This document shows, piece by piece, positions 27,910-37,888 of a DNA stretch of 64,000 bases (positions within the stretch are counted from its first letter, which is position 1; the number at the start of each line of letters is the position of its first letter). The notes below the pieces were generated by a model. It had not been told where the DNA came from. It did not search any database and saw nothing but the letters and a program-made list of their open reading frames with translations. Source of the stretch: Candidatus Hydrogenedentota bacterium (GTDB lineage Bacteria > Hydrogenedentota > Hydrogenedentia > Hydrogenedentales > SLHB01); contig CAXXYE010000009.1 in the NCBI GenBank assembly GCA_963674865.2, positions 1,632,001 to 1,696,000 of the forward strand, given 5' to 3'. Position numbers and translations under genes: made by a program.

Positions 27910-29046
27910 ATGCAAGAGAAGGATGTCCTGCGTATGTCCAACCGACTTCCTCTGAGTGATCCGAAACCTGATGCGGCCGAGTTTATTGATATCTTGATGG
28001 GGCGTTCGTCGGCGTCGCGGGTGCCGCTTGTCGAGTACATTGTTGACGAGGCAGTCCGCAAACCGATCACGACGAACCTGCTTGGGCGGGCGTGGGTCGA
28101 TTCATCACCGGAGCGTGAAACGCAAAAAGCGTGTTTCGATAACTTCATCGAGTTCTGGTATCGAATGGGATACGATTTCGTCCGCTTTGAAACGAGCCTG
28201 CCCTTCCCCTCCCACAGCATGCTCGCTCCGGACACGGCGCCGGGCTCCGACAAGAACCGCGCATGGGCCAATGAGCACGAGGGGGCTATCAAGACGTGGG
28301 AGGATTTCGAGGCTTATCCCTGGCCTAAGGTAAGCGACTTCGATTTTTTTCCGTTTGAGTACCTCAACGAGCACCTGCCGGAAGGTATGGGCCTGATCAG
28401 TTGCCATGCGGGAGGCATCTTCGAACACATGTCGGGAATCATGTCGCTCGAAGGTATCTGCCTGGCCGTGTGCGAGAATCCGGAACTCGTGCGAGCGGTG
28501 TCGGAGGCTGTCGGCGAGCGCATGGCCGCCTTTCACCGGCACTTGCTCGATCTGGACAGGCTTATTGCGGTGTTTCAGGGGGATGACATGGGCTTCCGGA
28601 CGCAGACGCTCATCGGGCCGAGGGAATTGCGTGAGTACTGCCTGCCGTGGCACAAGAAGTTCGCCGCCCAGGCGCACGAACACGGCCAACCGTACTTCCT
28701 GCACTCGTGCGGAAACGTCGAGGCCATCATGGAGGATCTCATCGAGGACGTCGGCCTCGACGGCAAACACTCTTTCGAGGATGCCATCGAGCCGGTGGAG
28801 TCGTTCCAGGCGCGGTACGGCGGCCGTATCGCCGTGCTTGGGGGCGTGGACATCAATATCCTTGGCGGCGGCACGCCCGAAGACGTGCGGCGGCGTGTGC
28901 GTGAGCTTATCGAGGTGTGCGGCGGCCGGGGCCGGTACGCGGTGGGCTCGGGGAATTCCATCCCCAGCTATATTCCTGTCGAGAACTACCTTGCGCTGTT
29001 GGATGAAACGCTGGCCTGTGCGGGGGGCTCGTTAAGAAGCCGGTAG
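27910..29046 (+). CDS. Uroporphyrinogen decarboxylase / MtaA-like family protein
   Basis: GDDMGF, LHSCGN, GGVD, GSGNSIP; start 27910 or 27934. Confidence 0.85.
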   Translation: MQEKDVLRMSNRLPLSDPKPDAAEFIDILMGRSSASRVPLVEYIVDEAVRKPITTNLLGRAWVDSSPERETQKACFDNFIEFWYRMGYDFVRFETSLPFPSHSMLAPDTAPGSDKNRAWANEHEGAIKTWEDFEAYPWPKVSDFDFFPFEYLNEHLPEGMGLISCHAGGIFEHMSGIMSLEGICLAVCENPELVRAVSEAVGERMAAFHRHLLDLDRLIAVFQGDDMGFRTQTLIGPRELREYCLPWHKKFAAQAHEHGQPYFLHSCGNVEAIMEDLIEDVGLDGKHSFEDAIEPVESFQARYGGRIAVLGGVDINILGGGTPEDVRRRVRELIEVCGGRGRYAVGSGNSIPSYIPVENYLALLDETLACAGGSLRSR

Positions 29047-29243
29047 GATTTGTTGAAAAGGGGGACACGTAGCCGCGCCAGGGACGGCGTTTTGAGCATG
29101 TCCCCTTTTCGCTGTTGGATGAAACGCTGGCCTGTGCGGGGGGGGGGCGTGAAGAAGCCGGTAGGATTCGTAAAAGGGGACACGTAGCCGCGCCAGGGAC
29201 GGCGCTTTGAGCATGTCTCCTTTTTCCGCCGCTGGATGAGGCG
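28994..29243 (+). repeat. 116-bp tandem duplication (2 units plus a degenerate third start)
   Basis: CGCTGTTGGATGAAACGCTGGCCTGTGCGGGGGG at 28994 and 29110, each followed by the GGGGACA palindrome; CGCCGCTGGATGAGGCG at 29227. Confidence 0.85.
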
Positions 29244-29248
29244 TGCGT

Positions 29249-30277
29249 CTACGCGGGAGGGTGTTCCTGAAGATCCTCCATGGCGATGGGAGCGCCGGCT
29301 GCAAGGGGGCGTTTCAAGTACTTGCCCATAAGGAGGCGCTCCTGTCCCGGCGCCAATCCTCCGCCCGGGCGCACCCAGGCGAGATCCTCCTCGCTGATGG
29401 CGGCGCCGGCGGGCAAGTCGCGGCGTGCGATGATAGAGCGGCGGACGGCAGGCATGTTGGCCAATTCGCCTGGCTGAGGCAGCTTCTGTCCTGAGCCGAG
29501 GAGTGCGTCTGCTTCTTTGACGCGGCGCACGAGTTCGGCCATCTCGCTGGGTTCAGCCGAAAGCTGATGATCGCGAAAGGCCGAGTGCTGTTTACTTATC
29601 GTGAAGTGCTTCTCAATGATGCGTGCGCCAAGGGCGACAGAGAGCACGGCGGCCTCGATTCCGATGGTGTGATCCGAGTAGCCGACGGTGCAGCGGAGCG
29701 TGTCCCGCAGTGTCCGGATCGCGGCCAGGTTGGCCTCCTCGGGGGGGACGGGATAGCTCGTCACGCAATGGAGCACGGCCAAGTCTTGTTCGATGCCTTG
29801 TTCCTCCCAGGCCTGCTCGATAAACGCCTTTGAGTGGGCAAGTTGCGGTACATCGGCGAGGCCGGCGGAGAGCAAAACGGGCTTGCCGGTTTCGGCGATC
29901 TTGCGCAACAGCGGGTAGAACGTGTTCTCGCACGAGCCGACTTTGAACGCGGGAACGAGTCCATTGAGGAATTCGACGCTATCGAGGTCGAACGGGGTGG
30001 AGAGGAACATCAGTCCCGCGTCGCGCGCGACTCGGCTGAGGCGCTCGAACTCGGCGTGGGTGAGCTCGAAGGACTTGAAGCGCTCGAACCGGGCCTTGTC
30101 GTCCCGGCTGATGAAGTCCTCCGTCTTGAAGGTTTGGAACTTCACCGCCCCGGCGCCGGCTTCCGCGGCAAGATGTACCATTTCTTCGGCCAGCGCGCAG
30201 TCTCCCTCATGATTGTTGCCGATCTCGGCGATGACGAGCACGTCGGTGTCTAGGTTTACGTTGCCTACGTACATCAT
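29249..30277 (-). CDS. neuB: N-acetylneuraminate synthase family (NeuB/PseI/SpsE) with SAF domain
   Basis: IAEIGNNHEG, AVKFQTF, STPFD, LHCVTSYP, GYSDHT, IEKHFT, RRSI..RPGGG. Confidence 0.92.
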   Translation of the reverse strand: MMYVGNVNLDTDVLVIAEIGNNHEGDCALAEEMVHLAAEAGAGAVKFQTFKTEDFISRDDKARFERFKSFELTHAEFERLSRVARDAGLMFLSTPFDLDSVEFLNGLVPAFKVGSCENTFYPLLRKIAETGKPVLLSAGLADVPQLAHSKAFIEQAWEEQGIEQDLAVLHCVTSYPVPPEEANLAAIRTLRDTLRCTVGYSDHTIGIEAAVLSVALGARIIEKHFTISKQHSAFRDHQLSAEPSEMAELVRRVKEADALLGSGQKLPQPGELANMPAVRRSIIARRDLPAGAAISEEDLAWVRPGGGLAPGQERLLMGKYLKRPLAAGAPIAMEDLQEHPPA

Positions 30278-31044
30278 TCGTTCTCCGGGGGGGAGCCGTG
30301 GAAATGCAGCACGTATTGAGCGCCGACGATGCGGTAGCCGAGGCCCTCATAGAGGCGCAAGGAAGGCACGTTGGCGACTTGCGTACCGACACGCATCGCC
30401 TGGGCCGCGGCGCAATGGACCTCGGCGAACTGCATCATGGCGCGGGCCAGGCCCTTCCGGCGGGCGCGTCCGGCGGTAGCGATGAGGTCGACGGTGGCCA
30501 CATCCGCGGCACTGTCGAGAAGGAGCGCAAATCCAACCAATTCGTCTTCATTCTCTGCGACAATCAGGGCGTCGCCCCGTTTTCCGCGGAAGAAGTTGCG
30601 CACCCATTGCTCTTTGACGGCGTCGGCGGTGTCTTTGGGGATGTGAGGATCCAGGTGGAAGCGGGTGAACAGGAAGCTGTCGCGCGCCACGCGCGCCACG
30701 GCTCCCTCGTCACGCGGGACAGCCAGGCGAACATGCCTGGCCGTCGTCGGCGTCCGCGAAGGCGCCAATGGCTTCTCGAAGGTAACGTTTGTGTCTACGC
30801 CGCGGAAACCTACATCCTGAAAGGCGCCCAAGGCGGCGACGTTCCTGACGTCGAGTTTGACATAGGCGAATGCGCGGCGGCGAGACAGGTTCACGAGGTC
30901 GAGGCGGACGCGCGGCGCGAGCGTCGCGCCGCTGGGAGCGAGGGCTTCTTGAGCGGACACGCGGTACACGTCGAAGCCGAAGATACCGGCCAGCCAGGGG
31001 TCGGGATTGAATGCGGGATGCTCAATCGGTTCGGGCGGGTGCAC
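30274..31044 (-). CDS. GNAT N-acetyltransferase (WecD-like)
   Basis: RFHLDP, DLIA..RRKGLA, VGTQVANVPSLRLYE.LGY; GGAGG before GTG 31044. Confidence 0.8.
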   Translation of the reverse strand: MHPPEPIEHPAFNPDPWLAGIFGFDVYRVSAQEALAPSGATLAPRVRLDLVNLSRRRAFAYVKLDVRNVAALGAFQDVGFRGVDTNVTFEKPLAPSRTPTTARHVRLAVPRDEGAVARVARDSFLFTRFHLDPHIPKDTADAVKEQWVRNFFRGKRGDALIVAENEDELVGFALLLDSAADVATVDLIATAGRARRKGLARAMMQFAEVHCAAAQAMRVGTQVANVPSLRLYEGLGYRIVGAQYVLHFHGSPPENE

Positions 31045-32068
31045 GGGCGTCTGCCTCCGGCCTCCAGAAGGAGCGATACCATTCGATATACCTCGGGAAT
31101 CCCTTCTCAAGCGCGTACTGCGGGGCGTATCCGAAGGCCTTCCGGGCTTTCTCGACGGACAACGTGCCTCGATCCGGCATCAGGGCATCCTTGGCTTCGT
31201 GTGTGACTTCCAGGCCGGGGAAGCGCTCAAGGACGACGTCAACGAGGTCGTTGATGGAGCGTGATTCGCCATAAGTGAGGTTAAACACGTCGTTCCGCGC
31301 ATTCTCGCTTTCAATAACCTTGGCGATTCCGTCCGTCAGGTCGCCAATGTACGTGAAGTCCAGGCGTTCCTCGCCCGAACCGGCGATCGTCAAGCTCTTT
31401 CCCTGTAGAGCGTTCTCGATGAAGATCTGGCCGACGCGGCGGCTGACGCACCGCTCGCCGTACAAGGCCGAGGGGCGGAGGATCGTGTAGGGGAGGTCAA
31501 AGACCTGGTTGTAGGCGATGACGATCTTCTCGCCCGCGAACTTCAAGGCGCCGTAGATGCCGAGAGGATTGCAGGGCGTTTCCTCGGTAACCATGCCCGC
31601 GGGGAAGTGGCCGTAAACCATGCTCGAAGAGAAGTAGACGAACTGCTCGACGTTCGAGCTGCGCGCGAAGTCGAGGGCGTTCTCGAGCGTGCGCAGGCTG
31701 TGGTCGAAGGTGCTGTAGGGGTCTTTGTTGGACTTGCCCGCATGCGCTACGGCGGCGAGGTGGACAATCACCTGGGGGTCGATCTTATCGAGAATCTTGC
31801 AGATGGCGTGATAGTCGCGCGCGTCCTGTACGTAGAGGGGGACATCGGCTTCCTGAAGTAGCCGGAGGCGCTCGTTGATGACACGGGCGTAAAGATCACG
31901 ATTCTGGATGACCTCGTACGTCTTCGTGAAGTGGAGGAGGTTGTTCACCGATAATCCATCGACTACGGTAACATCCGCCCCGCGCTGCCGCAGCTCCAGG
32001 GCGAGATTGTGGCCGATGAAGCCGGCCCCTCCAATGAGGACGACGCGCCGGTCTTTGAGCGGGATCAT
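31022..32068 (-). CDS. NAD-dependent nucleotide-sugar epimerase/dehydratase
   Basis: GGAGFIG, HLAA, SSSMVYG, YGALK, DFTYI. Confidence 0.9.
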   Translation of the reverse strand: MIPLKDRRVVLIGGAGFIGHNLALELRQRGADVTVVDGLSVNNLLHFTKTYEVIQNRDLYARVINERLRLLQEADVPLYVQDARDYHAICKILDKIDPQVIVHLAAVAHAGKSNKDPYSTFDHSLRTLENALDFARSSNVEQFVYFSSSMVYGHFPAGMVTEETPCNPLGIYGALKFAGEKIVIAYNQVFDLPYTILRPSALYGERCVSRRVGQIFIENALQGKSLTIAGSGEERLDFTYIGDLTDGIAKVIESENARNDVFNLTYGESRSINDLVDVVLERFPGLEVTHEAKDALMPDRGTLSVEKARKAFGYAPQYALEKGFPRYIEWYRSFWRPEADARAPARTD

Positions 32069-33216
32069 GCTGTCTCTACCTCGTGGATGGCCTCTTTCAA
32101 GGCTTCAATGATATAGCGAACGTCCTCTATTGTCACGTGGGGGCCGACGGGCAAGGCAATGGACTGATCGGCGATGCATTCGGCCACCGGAAAGCTGCCT
32201 GGACGATAGCCGTATTTTGCGGCGTAGTAGGCCATCCGGGGGACAGGATGCGGATAGTAGATGCTGGTGCCTACGCCGCGGGCCCGCAGGGCGTTGATGA
32301 GTTCAAATCGCTTGTCCGCGAGGGCGTCGCTCAACACCACGGCGTGGCAGTAGTAGCTGCTCTGGGAACCGTCGTGGCTAGACTCGAAGACACTTACCTC
32401 ATCGATATCCGAAAGGCCGGCCGTCATGGCCTCGTGATTGCGCCGGCGTGTCTCGATGAATTCGGGCAGCCGTTTCATCTGCTCGATGCCGATAGCCGCC
32501 TGGAGCTCGTTCAGCCGGTAGTTGTAGCCGAGGGTCGTCACGTCATACAGGCCGGGGGTCTTGCGCTCACCGACGTGTTTGTCCATTCCGAAGGCGCGCA
32601 GCCGGCGCACGGCCTCTGCGACGGGTTGATGGCGCGTGATGAGCATGCCGCCTTCGGCCGTGGTGAGATGTTTCACGGGATAGAAGGAAAAGCATCCTAC
32701 GTCGGCCAGGAGTCCGGTGTGGACGCCGTTAAGGCGCGCTCCGATGGCAAGGGCGCAGTCCTCGACCACGAAGAGTCGATGCCTGCGGGCGATGTCCATG
32801 ACGGGCGCCATGTCGACGGGCATGCCCAGGAAGTGCACTACCGACAGTGCTTTCGTGCGCCGCGTAATGGCCGTTTCGATCTGCGCCACATCGAGGTTTC
32901 CGGAGCGGCTTTCGGCATCCACGAACACCGGCTTGGCTCCGGTGAATTCCACGGCGTGGGCCGTGGCCACGTGCGTCATGGCCGGGACGATGACCTCATC
33001 GCCCGGGCCGATGCCGAGGTGCAAATACGTCAGATGCAGGGCCGCGGTGCATGACGCCACGCCGACGGCGTGCGGGGCGCCCGTGAAGCCTGCGAAGGCC
33101 GCTTCGAACTCCTGGATGCGAGGTCCGTGCGCGAGGATGCCGGTATCCATCACCTCGCAAACGGCCTGTTTCTCCTCGTCACCGAGGATGGGCTTTCCGA
33201 ATGGAATCTGTCTCAT
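32065..33216 (-). CDS. DegT/DnrJ/EryC1/StrS sugar aminotransferase
   Basis: SCTAALH, EDCA, FSFYPVKHLTTAEGG, GYNYRL. Confidence 0.92.
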   Translation of the reverse strand: MRQIPFGKPILGDEEKQAVCEVMDTGILAHGPRIQEFEAAFAGFTGAPHAVGVASCTAALHLTYLHLGIGPGDEVIVPAMTHVATAHAVEFTGAKPVFVDAESRSGNLDVAQIETAITRRTKALSVVHFLGMPVDMAPVMDIARRHRLFVVEDCALAIGARLNGVHTGLLADVGCFSFYPVKHLTTAEGGMLITRHQPVAEAVRRLRAFGMDKHVGERKTPGLYDVTTLGYNYRLNELQAAIGIEQMKRLPEFIETRRRNHEAMTAGLSDIDEVSVFESSHDGSQSSYYCHAVVLSDALADKRFELINALRARGVGTSIYYPHPVPRMAYYAAKYGYRPGSFPVAECIADQSIALPVGPHVTIEDVRYIIEALKEAIHEVETA

Positions 33217-33231
33217 ATCACCTGTCACTGT

Positions 33232-34230
33232 TTAGATGTAGTTCACACGGACTGCGTCGGTTTCCTGCGCTGCCCGCTCAATCGCGAAGCACACTGACAT
33301 CGTCCTGAACACCTCTCTCGCATTAACCTCGTGGGGGCGTTCGTCAACCAAGGCGTCGATGAACTCCGTGACGAGGTCGCCCTTCTGATATCCCGGATAA
33401 GGCTCCTCGAACAACTCGGCATCCGCGCCTTGCTCCCGTGAATGTGTCAGCCGGCCGGCCTCAGGCTCATTGATGAACGTGGCCTTTGTTCCGTACAGCG
33501 CGAGGGCGTGAAAGTGGGGGCGCACGCAGGCGCCATGCACCGTGATCTTGCCGATGATGCCGCTGTCGAAAGTGACGATGGCCGCGACGAGATCATTGAA
33601 GCGGAACGCCGTGTCTCGTGTGGCGATCTTATTTGCGTATGCCTTTACCTCGACGATTTCCGCGCCCGTCAGCCATCTCAGGAGGTCTATCACGTGGACG
33701 GCCCCGCCGTGGACGAGGGAGTAGTACTCGAGTTCTCCGCGCCAACCGGCCGTGAGCTTCTCCGGCCGCCCGTAGAGATAGTCGCCTTCTACGTAATACA
33801 AATCGCCGAGATCGCCGCAAGCCACGCGCGCTCGGAGTGCCTGGAATCGCGGGCAGCGGCGCAGGAGCAAGTTCGAGGAAATGTGCAGTTCCGGCCGGGC
33901 ATCGAGGGCGCGCCGGATGCGCCTGGCCTCGTCTCTATGCAGACACATGGGCTTCTCGACGAATACGTGCTTGCCGTTTTCGAGCGCCGCGAGAACTTGT
34001 TCCGCGTGGTCACTATCGTAGGTGGCAATGGACACGAGGTCGATATCCGGATCACTGAGGACTTCGCCTGCGTCGCGTGATGTCCGGACGTGTGGATACT
34101 GCTCCTGAAACGCGGCCAGTTTCTCCTCCGAGAGGTCGCACACGGCGGCCAACGCGCAGTCGGGATGCGCCTCGTAGGTGGCGGCATGGTACGCGCCGAC
34201 ACCGAGTCCTATCACGCCTGCTCGCAGCAA
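33232..34230 (-). CDS. Gfo/Idh/MocA family oxidoreductase
   Basis: GVIGLGVG, GKHVFVEKP, HVIDL. Confidence 0.88.
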   Translation of the reverse strand: MLRAGVIGLGVGAYHAATYEAHPDCALAAVCDLSEEKLAAFQEQYPHVRTSRDAGEVLSDPDIDLVSIATYDSDHAEQVLAALENGKHVFVEKPMCLHRDEARRIRRALDARPELHISSNLLLRRCPRFQALRARVACGDLGDLYYVEGDYLYGRPEKLTAGWRGELEYYSLVHGGAVHVIDLLRWLTGAEIVEVKAYANKIATRDTAFRFNDLVAAIVTFDSGIIGKITVHGACVRPHFHALALYGTKATFINEPEAGRLTHSREQGADAELFEEPYPGYQKGDLVTEFIDALVDERPHEVNAREVFRTMSVCFAIERAAQETDAVRVNYI

Positions 34231-34249
34231 TGTCGTAGTTCTCCTTGCG

Positions 34250-34939
34250 TCACTTATCGGCCACGGCCTGGTGAAGCTGAAGGATTTCCGCCAGGGAGTA
34301 GTCCCAGTGGGGCCGCTTCATTTGCTCGATGAGGCGCTCCACGACGTCGAAGTCGGCGGGCATGTCTACGGACAGCTGGACCTCGCCATAATCGGCGTCG
34401 GAGCGGAAGTCAACGATTCTGAAAGACTTGGGATGCCGGTAGAAGTGGGGCGTTACGTGTTCGAACTCCTCCGGCTCCGACATTTGCGCGTAGGCGCGGC
34501 GAAACGCATCGGCCGACACAACCTCGACGGACTGGCCCTTCGGGAACGTCCGCACGAGGACATTCGTAACCAGATCGGGCGTCTCCTCGTAGAACAAGCG
34601 GAGCGCTTGGGAGACGAGGGCGGTATCGAGGAGGGGACTGTCGCCGCTGACACGCACGAACGCGTCCCAGCCGAAGCGGTGGAGCACTTCGCTAAACCGG
34701 GCGGCCACATTCTCCAGCGGCCCGCGATGGCAAAGCACGCCCGTCGCCTCACAGAAGGCCTGAATGGGATCATCATCGCGGCCGGTTGAGGTGGCCACGA
34801 CCACAGCGTCCAATTCCGGACAGCGTTTGAGACGCTCGGTGAGGTAGGCGAGCATCGGCTTGCCGCGCAAGGAGCGGAGCACTTTGCCGGGCATGCGGGA
34901 GGAAGACATCCGGGCTTGTACGATGGCGCCTATCGTCAT
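34250..34939 (-). CDS. SpsF-type cytidylyltransferase (CMP-nonulosonate synthetase-like)
   Basis: IVQARMSSSRMPGKVL, RVSGDSP, EHVT, LSVD. Confidence 0.85.
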   Translation of the reverse strand: MTIGAIVQARMSSSRMPGKVLRSLRGKPMLAYLTERLKRCPELDAVVVATSTGRDDDPIQAFCEATGVLCHRGPLENVAARFSEVLHRFGWDAFVRVSGDSPLLDTALVSQALRLFYEETPDLVTNVLVRTFPKGQSVEVVSADAFRRAYAQMSEPEEFEHVTPHFYRHPKSFRIVDFRSDADYGEVQLSVDMPADFDVVERLIEQMKRPHWDYSLAEILQLHQAVADK

Positions 34940-36042
34940 GCCGCCTCCACCTCGGCCAGGGCCTCGATGAGTTCGGCCAATCCCGTCAGGTAGGCGATGA
35001 ACGCCGGTAAATCCAGCGGGCCGTCGCACTCGAGCATGTCCCGCACTTTCATGTGCGCCGAGCGGCACGCGAGGATGCGGCAGAAATCGGCATCGCTGTC
35101 GCCCTTGGCTGCCAGCGTGTCGAGGCCTGCTTCGATGCGGGCGAGCGGGGCATCCACTTGCCTCACCTTGTCGTCTTCCTCGTAGGGCGAGCCGCGTCCA
35201 TCGGGCGGGTCGGGGAGCCGGGAGGCGTCACCGAGGGAGGGGCCGAGTTTCGTGCAGAAGAAGCGCAGGTCGCCTTCACCCATCAGGTTTGCATCCTTCT
35301 CCGAGCCGCCAGCTTTCCGCTGCGACGTGTCGTAGTGCATACCGAGCGAGAGTACCTCCGGATTCTCGTATCCCAACTCGGATAGGCGCCGGATCACGTC
35401 GTCGGCGGTGTAGCGGCGCAGGTACGGTACGAACCAGTCATCCATCCACTCCGCGATGCGACGAACCGGTGTGGCCATGAGCCGTAGTTGAAGGATGCAG
35501 CGTCGCGGATCCATGCCGCGGAGCATATGCCGGATCCAGTCAATCACTCGCCAGTAGATGCCGCCCGCGCCGTACAGGTACAGCCAAAGGTGGCCGCCGC
35601 ATTTGAGTACGCGCGAGACCTCGCATAGTCCCCTGTCGGGGTCGGCGCAATGATGCAGGACGCCATTGCACCAAACAATGTCGAACGATTCGTCCCCGAA
35701 GGGCAGCTGCATGAGCGTGGCTTGTTCTGCGGCGATGTTGTTTAAGCCCTTTCGGGCCGCCCAATACCGCACGGCCTCGATATTTCTCTCGCTGAGGTCC
35801 GTCGCAACCACCTCGCCGGCGCCGCATTGGGCCATGAGGATGCTGGCGCGCCCGCCGCCGCAGCCGGCATCAAGGCAGCGCTTGCCCGCGAAGACGCCGC
35901 GGTCGATGCCGTTGGCATGGAGGCGGCGGTAGAGCGGCAGCAGGAATTCGTCAAACGCCTGTTCGTCGTAGAGGGCGAACGTCTCACCGTAGACAAACGT
36001 TGTGAGCCGTTCCTTGTCTGCCCACTGCTCCTGTGGACTCAT
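34936..36042 (-). CDS. Class I SAM-dependent methyltransferase
   Basis: CLDAGCGGG, LPF.DESFD, GVLHH, RVLK.GG. Confidence 0.88.
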   Translation of the reverse strand: MSPQEQWADKERLTTFVYGETFALYDEQAFDEFLLPLYRRLHANGIDRGVFAGKRCLDAGCGGGRASILMAQCGAGEVVATDLSERNIEAVRYWAARKGLNNIAAEQATLMQLPFGDESFDIVWCNGVLHHCADPDRGLCEVSRVLKCGGHLWLYLYGAGGIYWRVIDWIRHMLRGMDPRRCILQLRLMATPVRRIAEWMDDWFVPYLRRYTADDVIRRLSELGYENPEVLSLGMHYDTSQRKAGGSEKDANLMGEGDLRFFCTKLGPSLGDASRLPDPPDGRGSPYEEDDKVRQVDAPLARIEAGLDTLAAKGDSDADFCRILACRSAHMKVRDMLECDGPLDLPAFIAYLTGLAELIEALAEVEAA

Positions 36043-36329
36043 CCCGTTTCTCCCCGATTGGCGCCACCGCGGCGCTGCCGTAGAGTATACTCCAGTCCAT
36101 TCCTTTCAGGATAGGCATCAGGCCATCTGAAAAGGAATTGCCGGGCGCCAGAACACGACTCTGGAGGCAAGGCGCTTGTCTTCTCGTCGGCGGTAGGGCG
36201 CACCTCACACGAGGCCAGCGCAGTCCCGGAGTCGGTGTACTGGGCCAAATCTCGGGCCTGAGCGGGCTGCTATAATGGGGCAATGTGGATACGTAGACTG
36301 GTAGGAGTTGACTTGAGGCTGGAGTTGGC

Positions 36330-37709
36330 GTGTTTGTGAACACAAACGACCCGCCTAAGAGCGAGGTTGAAGTCCGACGCTTCCGTTGTGATCAGACTAC
36401 CAATCTGTTTGTTCTGGGACTAAGTGTCGTGTTCTGTGTCATGGCCGCCAGCGGCATCATTAGGCACCTGCCTTTGAGTGTCGAGCCGGATTTTGTTGCG
36501 CGTATCTTCTGCGGGCTATTTGCCGCCCTCTTTCTGATGTTCGTGCTCGCCTCCTCACGAGCGGTAGAAGTCGATGGCGAAGGGATCACAGAGATCTCAT
36601 GGCTTGGCTTCAGGCGGCGTACGCGCTACAAGGACATTATCGACGTCGCATACGGCGGCGAAGACAATCTTGAGGCGAGTACGATCATAACGGGACCTCG
36701 TTACTATATCCGGCTCGGGCCGGACCTCGAAGGCTTGGAGGAGCTGTTCTCGCTGCTTGCTGAACGCGTACCGAAGCACACTTCCGCGTTTCGAGCCTTG
36801 GCCCGGCGAGCGTCGTTCGATACATCGCCGCTTGCAGTAATCATCCTCGCTACGCGGCCGCCATGGCCTGTCGCGTGGATCATGATCCTGATCGCAGGAC
36901 TTGTTCTCTTGGCGTTCGGCCTTATTCCTCTTGATGCAGACGTTTCGATGAAGATCTTTGCAGCCACCTGTGGTGTGTCCGGCGTGGTGTTCCTCTTTCT
37001 GCGGCGAACCGAAGTGGTATTCGGCAACCACATCCTTCGCCGCGGCCGCAAAGTCGTGCCCCTGGTGACGCTCCGAAAGCTTGTGTTCAAGAACGTCGGG
37101 CGGCGGCAGACATGCGGCATGGAAGGTTCGGGGCAACGAGCCTTGCTTCTTGATTCGCGAGTCCCGTGCTTCCGGGAGATAACGGACGTCCTTTCCGGAC
37201 GCGCCGGTAGCGCGCCTAAGGATGGGAACGTTGTGGCGTGCGTCGGAGAAGCAATGACGCTGCCCATTACGCTGCGGCTTCGTTGGTGTCTTTTCCTGGC
37301 CAGATCGTTGGCCTTGTTGAGCGTGTCGGGCATGATCTTGCCAGAGCTGTCTTCGGAGTCGTTAGCCGCTCTGTCATGGGGCAACGCGTTGGCACGAGTC
37401 GTCGCAGTGGGAATACTGGCAGCCCTTGTTGTCTGGAGCTTCAGGCCACTCGTGGCTATGCCTTGGCGTTGCACCTTTTCTGAGCGTGGCCTGGAGGTGC
37501 AGAGGCTATGGGGGCAGCACATCATTCACAAATCCCAGATTGTTGAGCTGCGGCGTTCGGCCGGGGGCCAGTGGTTGCAGGAGGGCCGGCCTCACTTTCT
37601 CAACGTGCGTTCCATGAGCGGGCGCCTTCGGCTGCGAGACGGGTGTTTCGATCTGCCGCTGTCGGCCGTGTACCATTGCCTCAAGCGTGAGTGGTTCCCA
37701 CAGGGGTAG
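36330..37709 (+). CDS. Hypothetical membrane protein with repeated TM-pair + PH-like modules
   Basis: Three hydrophobic hairpins, each followed by a beta-rich segment (e.g. VDGEGI, FSERGLEV). Confidence 0.55.
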   Translation: MFVNTNDPPKSEVEVRRFRCDQTTNLFVLGLSVVFCVMAASGIIRHLPLSVEPDFVARIFCGLFAALFLMFVLASSRAVEVDGEGITEISWLGFRRRTRYKDIIDVAYGGEDNLEASTIITGPRYYIRLGPDLEGLEELFSLLAERVPKHTSAFRALARRASFDTSPLAVIILATRPPWPVAWIMILIAGLVLLAFGLIPLDADVSMKIFAATCGVSGVVFLFLRRTEVVFGNHILRRGRKVVPLVTLRKLVFKNVGRRQTCGMEGSGQRALLLDSRVPCFREITDVLSGRAGSAPKDGNVVACVGEAMTLPITLRLRWCLFLARSLALLSVSGMILPELSSESLAALSWGNALARVVAVGILAALVVWSFRPLVAMPWRCTFSERGLEVQRLWGQHIIHKSQIVELRRSAGGQWLQEGRPHFLNVRSMSGRLRLRDGCFDLPLSAVYHCLKREWFPQG

Positions 37710-37888
37710 GGCCACTCTGTCAGCTTAACACTCTCTCCTTCGTGAGGGCGCTGTCAGGTGCGGCCCTCGACGAGAGGAGTGCAGGTATTCGAGAGGACCT
37801 CTCAGGCTTGGTTAGTGGCTAGACTCTGAAACAGGACACGGCGTTAGTGGGCTTCAAGGATCTTGCATGAGTTGACGATAAGGTAAGT

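Noticed and set aside
26197..29046. Heme biosynthesis hemE
   Set aside because: Lacks the HemE RQAGR motif; has HxCG; no tetrapyrrole genes nearby
28994..29243. Possible mini CRISPR array
   Set aside because: The 'spacers' are copies of each other and of the gene end, the repeat is ~55 bp, and no cas genes are present
36189..36200. ops/JUMPstart-like GGCGGTAG near the sugar locus
   Set aside because: The short motif is expected by chance at this GC content, lacks the following nnTG and has no JUMPstart context
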